A DNA stretch of 64,000 bases from a bacterium (lineage in GTDB: Bacteria > Patescibacteriota > JABMPQ01 > JBDRIV01): assembly GCA_043815505.1 (NCBI GenBank), contig JBDRIV010000002.1, positions 116,784 through 180,783 of the forward strand, read 5' to 3'. Below the pieces are notes generated by a model. It had not been told where the DNA came from. It searched no databases and saw only the letters and a list, made by a program, of their open reading frames with translations. A program made the translations under genes and the position numbers. Positions 30,834 to 40,756 of the stretch are shown in pieces; position 1 is the stretch's first letter; every line of letters starts with the position of its first letter.

Positions 30834-31283
30834 TTAGTCTTTAGATAAAACTTTAATTTCTTTTTCAAAACTTTCTACATCCTTAAAATCTTTATAAACA
30901 GAAGCAAAGCGAATATAAGCAACCTGATCTTTTTCTCGGAGTCTGTTCATTACAATTTCTCCAATTCTTTTACTTTTAATTTCATTGCTATCCTCGTTTT
31001 GAATATCATGCTCAATGGTATTTATTAAATTTTGAACCTCATCTTCAGAAAAGGGTCTTTTTTCACAAGCGCGACGAATACCAATTTCTAGCTTTTGTCT
31101 AAGGTATGGTTCGCGATCACCATTTCTTTTTACAACGGCCAGATTCAAAATCTCGATATCTTCAACGGTTGAAAAGCGGGCACCACAATCAAGGCATTCG
31201 CGTCGGCGACGTATAGAAAAATTATTAATTGCTCTGGAATCAATAACCTTGGTTTCACCTTGTTGGCAGGTAGGGCATTTCAT
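30834..31283 (-). CDS. nrdR: transcriptional repressor NrdR
   Basis: MKCP.C...TKVIDSR, RRRREC..C..RF, ATP cone, AYIRFASVY. Confidence 0.97.
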   Translation of the reverse strand: MKCPTCQQGETKVIDSRAINNFSIRRRRECLDCGARFSTVEDIEILNLAVVKRNGDREPYLRQKLEIGIRRACEKRPFSEDEVQNLINTIEHDIQNEDSNEIKSKRIGEIVMNRLREKDQVAYIRFASVYKDFKDVESFEKEIKVLSKD

Positions 31284-31356
31284 AAAAGTTATTAAAAATG
31301 CGACTTATTAGCTTAAATATAGTAACAAAGAGGAAGTATTAGTGAACAAAATTATT

Positions 31357-31405
31357 ATACAACATATAGTAGTCGCAAGTATTATATTATCACAATATAT
31401 AGTGG
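31357..31405. promoter_or_regulatory. tandem NrdR boxes (31357-31372 and 31390-31405)
   Basis: atacaacatatagtag and tcacaatatatagtgg match acaCwAtATaTwGtgt; 33-bp spacing; upstream of nrdR. Confidence 0.85.
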
Positions 31406-31504
31406 TGTCAAAAAAGTGTGATGAAGTAATATTTGGCTTATAAAAGCCTAATTGTAAATGGGCAACAAAAAATATGGAAAGTTATCCACATTTTTAATCA
31501 ATTT

Positions 31505-32065
31505 CTACTTACTATTTTCGGATTTTGGCCAATCTTGCAAAACTTTTACCACGGTAATTTCTTTATTTGGAATATGATAAATATTTCCTTCTTGGTCTTC
31601 AATAATGGTTCTTCTTAAATTTAATTCTTTCACAATGCCAGTTTCTTTGGTTACGGTTATAATATCACCTTGACCATATTGATCTTCAATGATTATAAAT
31701 AAACCCGAAATTACATCTTTTACAAGTCCTTGAGCACCAAAGCCTAAAGCTAAACCAGCAATACCGACACCGGCCACTAAAGCACTAATATTAATTGCCA
31801 TTTCTGATAAAACGGTAATTACTACAAAAACTGAAAGTAGAACTTGAGAGCTCTTAACAATCACAGTTGATAAAGTACTGGAACGTTTATCAATTTCTTC
31901 TTCTGGCCTTGTTCCCTTAGCTTTTTTATAAAAGATTTTAAGAAGTCTTTTAGATGACAATCTCACAAAAGCTTGAAGAACTAAAGCGGCAATAATAATT
32001 AGAGCGATTTTTACACCGTGTTCTAAAAACCAGCTGGTTGTATCTGAAAAAATATTATCAAACAT
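31505..32065 (-). CDS. small-conductance mechanosensitive channel family protein (short)
   Basis: AGVGIAGLALGFGAQ.LVKD.ISG.FI, G.V..L.LR.T, IPN. Confidence 0.88.
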   Translation of the reverse strand: MFDNIFSDTTSWFLEHGVKIALIIIAALVLQAFVRLSSKRLLKIFYKKAKGTRPEEEIDKRSSTLSTVIVKSSQVLLSVFVVITVLSEMAINISALVAGVGIAGLALGFGAQGLVKDVISGLFIIIEDQYGQGDIITVTKETGIVKELNLRRTIIEDQEGNIYHIPNKEITVVKVLQDWPKSENSK

Positions 32066-32085
32066 AATTTGATTTTAGCAGATTT

Positions 32086-33612
32086 TTAAATACTGTAAAC
32101 TGCCTCGGCTTTAAAACGATATTGCAAACCTTCAGCCACATGACGTGAATATATTTTCTTACTGTTATCTAAATCAGCAATAGTACGACTAATTTTTATT
32201 AACCGATAATAGGAACGCGCCGATAAAAATAATTTGGCGGCTGCGGTAGTTAGAAGTTGATTAGCTTTTTTGGATAATATACAATGATGGTTAATATCAA
32301 TGGTTTTCATTTCACTATTGGTTGTTAATTTAGATTTGGTGAATCTTTTATTTTGTAAAAGTCTAGTCGTGGCAACTAATTTTTGGATTTCAGCTGATTT
32401 TGTTTCTTTATTCACTTTATTGGCAAGTTGAGTAATTGGAACTTTAGGAACTTCAATAACCATATCAATCCTATCAATTAAAGGACCAGATATTTTCTTG
32501 GAATAAGAAATCATTTGGTGGGGACTACAAACACAATCTTTATCAGGATCGGTAGCATAACCACATGGACAAGGATTTTGCGAAGCAACCAACATAAAAC
32601 TAGCAGGATAGGTGAGTGACATTTGCGCTCGCGAAATATGAACAATGTTATCTTCCAAAGGTTGACGCAGTGCTTCTAAAACGCGTCTTTCAAATTCTGG
32701 AAATTCATCCAGAAATAAAATTCCCCGGTGCGCCAAGGAGATTTCTCCCGGGCGTGGCCAAGAACCACCACCAATAATTGAAACTGAGCTGGCGGAATGA
32801 TGAGGACTGCGAAAAGGAGGTTTGGTAATTAGAGCGTGGTTGTTGGTTAGTAGTCCTGCTACACTGTAAATTTGGGTAACTTCTAACATTTCTTCTTCCG
32901 ATAAGCTTGGTAGAATACTGGGAACGCTTCTGGCCAACATTGTTTTGCCCGAACCTGGTGGTCCAATCATTAAAATGTTGTGACCACCACCAGCAGCGAT
33001 GGTCAAAGCTCGTTTAGCTTGATTTTGCCCTTTAATATGGGCAAAATCTGTTAAGTCATCTTTTGTGTCAATTTCAATTTCCGATTTTTCATAGGGCTCT
33101 ACACTAGAAGATTTCTTCAAATGATCACAAATTTCTTTTAAGGTTTTTGCAGCTATAATATTATGTCCAGAAACCAGACTGGCTTCTCTGGCATTACTTC
33201 GGCAAATAAACAGATTTTTTATTCCCTTATCCTTGCCCATAATAGACATGGATAAAACACCATTTACTGGACGTAAATTACCGTTTAAAGAAAGTTCCGC
33301 CGCAAACAAATTGTCAGATTTGGGCCAGGGAATTTGTTTGGAAGCAGCTAAAATCGATAAAGCAATTGGCAAATCAAAAGCTGGTCCTTGCTTTTTTATG
33401 TCGGCGGGAGCCAAATTTATTGTGATGTGAGTATCAGGAAAACGAAATTTAGAATTTTTGATAGCTGAACGCACTCGCTCTTTAGCTTCTTGCACGGCCG
33501 TATCTCCCAAGCCAACGATTTGAAAAGAGGGAAGTCCTTGTGAGATGTCAGCTTCTACTTTTATAGGATAACTTTCTAAACCAACAGTGGCGGCTGATAA
33601 AATGGTGGGCAT
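32086..33612 (-). CDS. comM: YifB/ComM Mg-chelatase-like AAA ATPase
   Basis: VGL.DTAVQE..ERVRSA, GPPGSGKT, PGEISLAH.G.LFLDE, NPCPCG. Confidence 0.95.
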   Translation of the reverse strand: MPTILSAATVGLESYPIKVEADISQGLPSFQIVGLGDTAVQEAKERVRSAIKNSKFRFPDTHITINLAPADIKKQGPAFDLPIALSILAASKQIPWPKSDNLFAAELSLNGNLRPVNGVLSMSIMGKDKGIKNLFICRSNAREASLVSGHNIIAAKTLKEICDHLKKSSSVEPYEKSEIEIDTKDDLTDFAHIKGQNQAKRALTIAAGGGHNILMIGPPGSGKTMLARSVPSILPSLSEEEMLEVTQIYSVAGLLTNNHALITKPPFRSPHHSASSVSIIGGGSWPRPGEISLAHRGILFLDEFPEFERRVLEALRQPLEDNIVHISRAQMSLTYPASFMLVASQNPCPCGYATDPDKDCVCSPHQMISYSKKISGPLIDRIDMVIEVPKVPITQLANKVNKETKSAEIQKLVATTRLLQNKRFTKSKLTTNSEMKTIDINHHCILSKKANQLLTTAAAKLFLSARSYYRLIKISRTIADLDNSKKIYSRHVAEGLQYRFKAEAVYSI

Positions 33613-33667
33613 ATGTTTGCAATTAAAAAACTGGGGATGTCCCCCAGCGCACAAGGTTGTTATAAAT

Positions 33668-34135
33668 CTATTTTATTGTCTTTAGTTCGTGAATCAATAA
33701 TAGCACAGCACCATATAAAATTGCAAGATCAGCCAAATTAAAAATAGTAAACCCAGAAATAGTTATGTAATCAATAACTTGTCCATAAACAAAACGATCA
33801 AGTAAATTTGATAAACCACCCGCAAACAATAGCAGAAAAGCGAGTTGAATAGTTTCTGCGACAATTTTCTTTTGCTGTAAAAAATGCCAAAACAAAAGAA
33901 TAAAACCTAAGGGTAGCAAAATTATCATCAAATAAGATGGCAGGGGTAATCCAAAAGCAATACCATCATTCATAAAATATTCTAAATACAAATATTTACC
34001 AAATTGGACAGGGTAAGGAGCAAAATAATTAATGGCCAGTTTCTTGAAAAGCTGATCCAAGATAATTATGAGACTGCCCAAAAATAAAAACACCACTAGA
34101 TATTTAGGCGGTATTTTTAAATTCTTAATTGGCAT
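33668..34135 (-). CDS. lspA: lipoprotein signal peptidase II
   Basis: DQ..K, N.G.AFG, GG.SN..DR, V.DY, FNLAD. Confidence 0.93.
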   Translation of the reverse strand: MPIKNLKIPPKYLVVFLFLGSLIIILDQLFKKLAINYFAPYPVQFGKYLYLEYFMNDGIAFGLPLPSYLMIILLPLGFILLFWHFLQQKKIVAETIQLAFLLLFAGGLSNLLDRFVYGQVIDYITISGFTIFNLADLAILYGAVLLLIHELKTIK

Positions 34136-34492
34136 TTATTTTTCCAAAGCAAATTTGGCACTAGGAAGAGCGCGCAAGCGATTTTCAGAAATTGGTTTAC
34201 CAGTTTTTAAGCAGATACCATAAGTGTCGTCCTCTATTCTCTTTAAGGCTCCATTAACATCAGCCAAATGAGATTCCAAATTATGTTCAACAGAAAGAGA
34301 AGAATCATAAGAAGCAACCTCAGCGGCGTTGTCTTCTTCTGTGGATCCGTACTCAGGAAAGGAAGTATCATAATCCGATTCTTCATGCTTATCTTTTTTG
34401 GCAAAAGATTCAAGTTGACCTTCCAGTTTTAATTTTTCTTCTTCCAGTTTTTGCTTCATTTCAGAAATGAAGTCGGCGGATAAATGTGACAT
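34136..34492 (-). CDS. TraR/DksA family transcription factor (Zn-finger cysteines mostly lost)
   Basis: coiled coil with EDNA.E, AL.RI...TYGIC...G.PI...RL.ALP.A. Confidence 0.85.
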   Translation of the reverse strand: MSHLSADFISEMKQKLEEEKLKLEGQLESFAKKDKHEESDYDTSFPEYGSTEEDNAAEVASYDSSLSVEHNLESHLADVNGALKRIEDDTYGICLKTGKPISENRLRALPSAKFALEK

Positions 34493-34552
34493 AGAATTTA
34501 ATTAGTGTATTTATTATAGTCAGAAAGCGAAAATTATACAACATTTAGTAAC

Positions 34553-34957
34553 AAAAAATCCCTGCAACGGGAATGTGTTACAGGGCGCTGATGCGCCCAC
34601 ATAGAAGAAATGGCGTCAGCGCCCTGTGATGGGCTTAAGCTGACTTATTAACCGCTAAAGAATTAGCAGTTCGTAAGATCATCTGTTTAAACCCCAAATA
34701 GGCGCTAAATGGTTTACGACTTAACCTTAGCTTTCCCTGGCCGCCTCAATGGCAGTCACATTATTTTGATGTTATGCCTTTTGTTTTTGTTTTTGATGAA
34801 AGTGTCGTTTTCTTTCTAGAAGAGCAGCTTAGGGGATCTAAGCTCAAATGAAGCGCAGATCGCCTAAGCCGGTTTCTTCCAGTGATGAAAGAGTGGCGAG
34901 GGTTTAATATTTTGATATTTGTTTATCAATGAAATGAGCGGTATTTTTCCACTTCTT
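34553..34957 (-). ncRNA. unidentified structured ncRNA candidate (about 400 nt)
   Basis: TTGACT-17-TAAGGT promoter at 34963-34991, multiple stems with G-U pairs on minus strand, terminal hairpin plus U tract, no long ORF on that strand. Confidence 0.55.
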
Positions 34958-35097
34958 TATAAACCTTATCATAAAAAAGAGAAAAAGTCAATCATTATAC
35001 CCTTATTCAAGGTAAAAGGTAGACATGGAGAAGATTTTGGCTTAAACACTAGTAAAATGAAAAAACCCATCATAAGGTTTTTGAACAATAGAATTGT

Positions 35098-35149
35098 TTA
35101 TCCACATGGCAAATTTTATCTTTTGCAACGGATGTCTAACTTATCCACA
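35098..35149 (+). promoter_or_regulatory. two perfect DnaA-box 9-mers (TTATCCACA at 35098 and 35141)
   Basis: exact consensus matches in intergenic DNA. Confidence 0.45.
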
Positions 35150-35164
35150 GAAATAAGTGAAAAG

Positions 35165-36910
35165 TTAGAAGTTTATAGTAATGTCAGACCTTAAAAAATT
35201 ACGAGGTTTTTTAAAAATGGCAGTAATACTATCAAACAAAGAATTATAGTCCGTTAGATCCGTATATTGGAAAACATCACTATTTATATAATTGAAACTC
35301 ACAGGTTTATCGAAAAAGGAAAAACTGTTGGCAATTTCGTTATTGGGTTCATGATTAATAATTGTGTTAACAATGCTTTCGGTGGTGCCAATAATAATAG
35401 TGGTTTCAGACCGAGCAATTGTTATAGCTGATACTCCTGGCTCCGAAATTTTATAAATTGTGAAGCCATTTTCGTTGGCGGTAGTGTATTTTTTATTTTC
35501 ATCTGGCATCAACTCAATTACGCTTGAACCATCCGATAAAGTTGTGCTTATTTCAGTTGGATGCAAGGTGCCATAATACTCGGCAAAATAATTTGTCATC
35601 ACGGTTATATCACTATCTGAAAAATTGTCAGATTTATTAGAAATAGTGGCAATGTCAAAACTATTTTTAGCATTTGGTAAACCAATAACAGCGGTATCAC
35701 TGGTAAATAGTTTTGTAAAAGAGCCTGTAATCTCATTGCTGGCCGAGAAAGAACTTACTAATTCACTAAGTGCTTCATTGTCAGATACGATATTTAAAAC
35801 TTCTGAATTTTGTAACAAATTATTTCCACTAAAAATAAATAAGGAATCAGAGGGGATTAAAGTAAACAGATCTTCATTAATGGCAGATAGTTTTTCATTT
35901 GTTAAAGTTGAAAAAGTAATAGCTAGATTATTATTTGTAGGTGTTATTGTGAAGGCTAATTCTGAAAGTGGTTTTATAAAAGTATCAGATAATAAACTTA
36001 GATTATTGATGTTAAGATCTTTGGTGAGATTAAGATAATGTTCCTCGGCAAATAAATCTTGTGGTTGTAGATAGGAAAATATAAAAGGTTGAGCAGACAA
36101 AGAGCGACGAAGTTTTTTGTAGTTAGAATTATATTTTAAGGAAGTAGCTCGTTCATATTTACTGTCTAACATTTCCTCAATAATTGTACGATCAGTTGAA
36201 AAGAGTAAATAATTTTTATCCAAAGCATAGCTTAAGGAATTGTCTCCCAATTTGGTAATTATAGAAACATTAAGATGAGCATCCGATCTAATACCAGTTT
36301 GTTTAGATTTGGCAGAAATAAAATCTTTACCAGTTTTAGTGTTACTTAGCTTCATTATTATATAAGGATGAATTAATTCATCGGTGCCGTTTTTAGCTTT
36401 CATTAATCCCAAAGCCATTTCATTATCAAGAGAATTTAATATTTCATCATCAACTAATTCAAATTCGCTCAAGGTTTTATCAAGGAGAGCACTGGCAGTG
36501 CCGATGGTATTACTGGCTTTTTCATTCTCAGCTAAATTAGAAACAGTTTGCAGAAAACTCTTATTATCATTTAAATCTGCCCACAGATATAACAAGGAAC
36601 TAGCGGGAGCATAATTTACAGCCTTGTCTTTAATACCAAAAAAATAACTGTATTCCTGCCAAGCTAAAAATAAGGCAAAAATTACGGCGATAACTATAGC
36701 TAAAACACCAATAAGCAAATGTTTTCTTTTAGTCTTGTTTTTATCATTTTCTTCCTTAATATGAAAAACATTAGCTAAAACATTTTGCTTATACTCTTTT
36801 TTGTTCTTAATATCAGCAACTTTTTTACCAATTACAGAATCAGTTTTTTTATTTACAGAGGGAGATTTTGATACTCTTACAGGGACTGAACTTTTATTTT
36901 TGGATGTCAT
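35165..36910 (-). CDS. membrane-anchored DUF3352-like protein
   Basis: single TM, YAPASSLLY and LIPSDSLF repeats. Confidence 0.65.
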   Translation of the reverse strand: MTSKNKSSVPVRVSKSPSVNKKTDSVIGKKVADIKNKKEYKQNVLANVFHIKEENDKNKTKRKHLLIGVLAIVIAVIFALFLAWQEYSYFFGIKDKAVNYAPASSLLYLWADLNDNKSFLQTVSNLAENEKASNTIGTASALLDKTLSEFELVDDEILNSLDNEMALGLMKAKNGTDELIHPYIIMKLSNTKTGKDFISAKSKQTGIRSDAHLNVSIITKLGDNSLSYALDKNYLLFSTDRTIIEEMLDSKYERATSLKYNSNYKKLRRSLSAQPFIFSYLQPQDLFAEEHYLNLTKDLNINNLSLLSDTFIKPLSELAFTITPTNNNLAITFSTLTNEKLSAINEDLFTLIPSDSLFIFSGNNLLQNSEVLNIVSDNEALSELVSSFSASNEITGSFTKLFTSDTAVIGLPNAKNSFDIATISNKSDNFSDSDITVMTNYFAEYYGTLHPTEISTTLSDGSSVIELMPDENKKYTTANENGFTIYKISEPGVSAITIARSETTIIIGTTESIVNTIINHEPNNEIANSFSFFDKPVSFNYINSDVFQYTDLTDYNSLFDSITAIFKKPRNFLRSDITINF

Positions 36911-38502
36911 TATTTTGTATTGATTAAGCCTTTAAAGAATGATTTGCTTTTTTTAGGACCAGTAACGCCGGTAACATTTTTAATTTGTTTGTTGTCGACG
37001 TTGACATAGTAAAAAGTATGGATTTCTAAATCAGAAGCACTTTCGAAAGTGGCGTCGGTGTTCTTTTTAAAATCTGTTACTTTTGATAAAGATTCGACTT
37101 TGCCAGTTGTCACATCAATAATGTTTTTAATTCCTTCAATATTGGTGGCTAAAACAATAGTTTCTTGCAAAGGTGTTACATATAAATCCAACAAACCTGC
37201 TTCATAATGAGTTATGGTTGAATCGCCATATTTTATTTCTTCGTTTACAAGTTCAGTTGTTTCTCCTTCAGTAGTTGCAGATTCAGTAATTGCAGAATTG
37301 TTAGATTCAATTATTAAATTAATAATTGCATCCAGAGCATTCATAACTTTGTTTTCATCCTTGCTTTTTACCAGCAATGATACGTCCCAATAATTACTTA
37401 CAGTGGTTAAGAAATAATTGCTAGGAATTGAGACATCCATATTAGGTTTTTCGGTGGCAACAATAGCAAAAGAATCACTAATGTTGTCTATAAAGTCAGC
37501 CTGCAAATCAACTTTCTTAGTTAAAGACAAAATAGTTTGTAAATTTCCAATAGTTTGAGTGGGATCTTCATTGCCAACAAACAAAGGAATAAGAATATTT
37601 ATAATATTTGAACCCTCAAGATATAATTTAGAATTGGCGGGAGCAAATTCTGCTAAATTTATTTTGCTAAGTTTTGGTAAGCCGTTGCCTTCGGGATTAC
37701 TGGCAGGTAAGAAAGCACTGAGTGATAAACCATTGGAATTTTGTGAAAGCATAGCTCCAAACTGCAAAGAAGCATTTACTGTTCCAGTTTCTGGAATTAA
37801 GCTTTCTAAATCAAGAGGTAAACCGAGTGATACGATTGATAGAAAATTTTTGCCGTCGGTTAGCAATGTGGCTAAAGTATCAGCGTTAATTTCTTTTTTG
37901 GTGGATTTGTAAAAATCTGTTTTAGCCAAACTATTTTTTGTAGAAGATGATTGGTCAACAATTTGGCGCACACCATCTATAGATTCTGAAAACACAACGT
38001 AATCCTGCAAATAAGTATAAGCCACATAAAGAGGATTACCGGATTGATAAATGGTGTGGTTATTAAATTCCTCTGTCGAAATATTTTTTAAGCTGGTTTC
38101 GAGGAAATTTTTAGCTCCTTCTTTGTCTTTCATATACATGATAATCGAAAAGACGTCTTTATCAGCACTAATTGGTTGTTTTACAATTGTTAAATTGTCA
38201 CCCAACCAATCATAATTGCTCTCTATTCCACTCAAGGCAAAAGTTGAACCTAAAACCAATTGACCAATATTTCTTTCTAAAATTTCAACGCCTCCATAAT
38301 TAGTTATCAGATTGGTTAAATCCTGATTGTTGCGAGCTTTAGTAAGATCAACTGATAAATAAAGAGTGGTGGTATCTTTTACCAATTCAGCCACATCTTT
38401 GGTACGAAAAAACTGCCAGTAAGCCAAATAAACAACAACCAAAATTACTACCACCATAAAAATGGCAATAATTATGTTTTTAGGAGAACGGTTAGACGTC
38501 AT
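36910..38502 (-). CDS. membrane-anchored DUF3352-like protein
   Basis: N-terminal TM, DWLGD, SLA...FY, FAPANSKLY. Confidence 0.65.
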   Translation of the reverse strand: MTSNRSPKNIIIAIFMVVVILVVVYLAYWQFFRTKDVAELVKDTTTLYLSVDLTKARNNQDLTNLITNYGGVEILERNIGQLVLGSTFALSGIESNYDWLGDNLTIVKQPISADKDVFSIIMYMKDKEGAKNFLETSLKNISTEEFNNHTIYQSGNPLYVAYTYLQDYVVFSESIDGVRQIVDQSSSTKNSLAKTDFYKSTKKEINADTLATLLTDGKNFLSIVSLGLPLDLESLIPETGTVNASLQFGAMLSQNSNGLSLSAFLPASNPEGNGLPKLSKINLAEFAPANSKLYLEGSNIINILIPLFVGNEDPTQTIGNLQTILSLTKKVDLQADFIDNISDSFAIVATEKPNMDVSIPSNYFLTTVSNYWDVSLLVKSKDENKVMNALDAIINLIIESNNSAITESATTEGETTELVNEEIKYGDSTITHYEAGLLDLYVTPLQETIVLATNIEGIKNIIDVTTGKVESLSKVTDFKKNTDATFESASDLEIHTFYYVNVDNKQIKNVTGVTGPKKSKSFFKGLINTK

Positions 38503-38511
38503 CTTTTTTAA

Positions 38512-40737
38512 TTACTTTTTATTTCGAGGGGAAAAGAATTTTTTCTTGTCTCTTTTAGGAAAATCGCGCTTGTTGTTATCACGCTTGTCCTGATTTTTAT
38601 TGAAGGAATCATTTCTCTCGCGCGGAGCACTATTACGCTCTGGTCGAGGCAGCATGGCGCGACGAGAAAGATTAATACGTTTTTGACTATCAATTTCAAT
38701 TACTTTTACAGTTATTTCGTCGCCAACTTGAACTTCATCCTCAACCTTATTAATGCGCTTATGAGCCATTTCCGAAATGTGAACTAAACCTTCAACTTCA
38801 GGCAGAATTTCTACCATAGCACCGAAATCGAAAATGCGAGTAACTTTACCGGTGAAAATTTCACCCGCCTCAATTTCACGAGTTAAGTTTTTAACAATTT
38901 CTACAGCTTTTGGCACATCAGCTTCGTGCGTTCCGGTAATCATCACTAAACCACTGTCTTCAATGTCTATATCAACACCAGTTTCAGCAATAATCTCGTT
39001 GATTTTCTTACCACCTGGTCCAATTACATCACGGATTTTATCGGGATTGATGGTGAGGGAAACAATTCTCGGAGCAAATTCAGATAAATCTTTGCGAGGT
39101 TTAGCAATGGCTTTTTCCATAACTGCTAGAATTTTCATTCGTCCAGCTTTGGCATCAGCAAATGTTTGCTTAACAATTTCGTCAGTTAGTCCTGAAGTTT
39201 TGGTGTCTAATTGAATGGCGGTAATACCATCTTTAGTACCGGCAATTTTGAAATCCATTCCACCTTCGTTGTCTTCTAAATCTTGCAGGTCAGTTAGAAT
39301 TTGGTATTTTCCTTCGGCGTTGGAAACGAGTCCCATCGCAACTCCAGCCACGTGTTTAGGAATATTAACGCCGGCATCCATTAAGGAAAGTGATGATCCA
39401 CAAACTGCAGCCATGGAAGATGAGCCATTTGATCCCATCACTTCTGTTACCAGTCTTATAGTATAAGGGAATTTTTCTTTTGGTGGAATTAAAGATTCCA
39501 AAGCTTTTTCTGCTAGCGAGCCATGACCAATGTCACGCCTGCTAGGTCCACGCATCGGTTTAACATCAGCCACAGAATAAGGAGGAAAATTGTAATGATG
39601 CATGTAGCGTTTTTTGTATTCTTCTTCCATCTCATCAATTATTTGTTCGTCTCCAGGAGAACCGAGTGTAGTGACGGTTAGAACTTGAGTTTCACCGCGC
39701 ATAAAATAACCAGTACCATGTGTGCGAGGTAAAATTCCCACCTCGGCAGTTAAAGGGCGAATCTCATCCATGGCACGACCACCAATTCTTTTTCCTTCAT
39801 TAAGAATCTTGTCACTTATCATTTGTTCAACCATTTCCAGCAAATATTGTTTAGCTAATACTGCTTTACTTTCGTCTTCAGGAAATTTTTCTTTGACAGT
39901 TTTTGCTACCTCATTGTTTAAGTCATAAACAAGATCCTTACGCTTAAGCTTAGTTTCTCCAAACAAAACTTCTTCAATCTTTTTGCCAGCCAGTTCAGAA
40001 ACTATGTTACAAACTTTTTCATCTTTAGCTGGTGCCGGAACATCCATTTTTTCTTTGCCAATTTCTTTTGTAACTTTGTCAAAGAAATCACACATTTCGC
40101 CTAAATATTTTTTAGAGTAATCGAAAGCTTCAAACATTCCTTCTTCCGAAACTTCCTTAGCTGCGGCTTCAACCATAATGACTTTATCCTTTGTTCCAGC
40201 TAAAACTAGGTCCAAATCACCTTCTGTTCTGTCTGAAAAATTGGGACAGAAAATCATAGTTCCGTCTTTTCTTCCTAGTCGCACAGCACCAAGGGGACCA
40301 TTAAATGGGACATCAGAAATCTGACAAGCTAGGGCGGCAGCTAAAAATCCGGGAACATCTGAATCGTTTTCACCATCAAAAGACAGAACAGTAACAATCA
40401 CTTGGAGATCGCGAGTTATATGTTGAGCAAATAAAGGTCTGAGAGCGCGGTCGATCATGCGTGCAGTTAATACTGCTTCGTCTGATGGGCGACCTTCACG
40501 TTTAATGAAACGTGAACCCTTAATTTTTCCGGCGGCGTACAATTTTTCTTCGTAATCAACCATAAGTGGAAAGTAGTTGGCACTTGTTTCATCACGACTC
40601 ATAACAACTGTAGCTAAAACTACTGTGTCACCAAGTCGGCACACAACTGATCCATTTGTTTGATTGGCAATTTTGCCAATTTCAAAAAAGAAGTTTTTAT
40701 CACCAACTTCCAAAGTGTAATTTTTTATTTCGTTCAT
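38512..40737 (-). CDS. pnp: polyribonucleotide nucleotidyltransferase
   Basis: two RNase PH domains, HHYNFPP, SNGSSSMA, KH (IGPGG) and S1 domains. Confidence 0.98.
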   Translation of the reverse strand: MNEIKNYTLEVGDKNFFFEIGKIANQTNGSVVCRLGDTVVLATVVMSRDETSANYFPLMVDYEEKLYAAGKIKGSRFIKREGRPSDEAVLTARMIDRALRPLFAQHITRDLQVIVTVLSFDGENDSDVPGFLAAALACQISDVPFNGPLGAVRLGRKDGTMIFCPNFSDRTEGDLDLVLAGTKDKVIMVEAAAKEVSEEGMFEAFDYSKKYLGEMCDFFDKVTKEIGKEKMDVPAPAKDEKVCNIVSELAGKKIEEVLFGETKLKRKDLVYDLNNEVAKTVKEKFPEDESKAVLAKQYLLEMVEQMISDKILNEGKRIGGRAMDEIRPLTAEVGILPRTHGTGYFMRGETQVLTVTTLGSPGDEQIIDEMEEEYKKRYMHHYNFPPYSVADVKPMRGPSRRDIGHGSLAEKALESLIPPKEKFPYTIRLVTEVMGSNGSSSMAAVCGSSLSLMDAGVNIPKHVAGVAMGLVSNAEGKYQILTDLQDLEDNEGGMDFKIAGTKDGITAIQLDTKTSGLTDEIVKQTFADAKAGRMKILAVMEKAIAKPRKDLSEFAPRIVSLTINPDKIRDVIGPGGKKINEIIAETGVDIDIEDSGLVMITGTHEADVPKAVEIVKNLTREIEAGEIFTGKVTRIFDFGAMVEILPEVEGLVHISEMAHKRINKVEDEVQVGDEITVKVIEIDSQKRINLSRRAMLPRPERNSAPRERNDSFNKNQDKRDNNKRDFPKRDKKKFFSPRNKK

Positions 40738-40756
40738 AAATATGCTCCTTTACATA

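Noticed and set aside
34553-34957. tmRNA or RNase P RNA
   Set aside because: No tRNA-Ala-like ends or tag ORF; the GAGGAAAGUCC core and P4 pairing are not met; kept as an unidentified ncRNA
35090-35160. oriC
   Set aside because: Only two DnaA boxes, no dnaA nearby and no clear unwinding element
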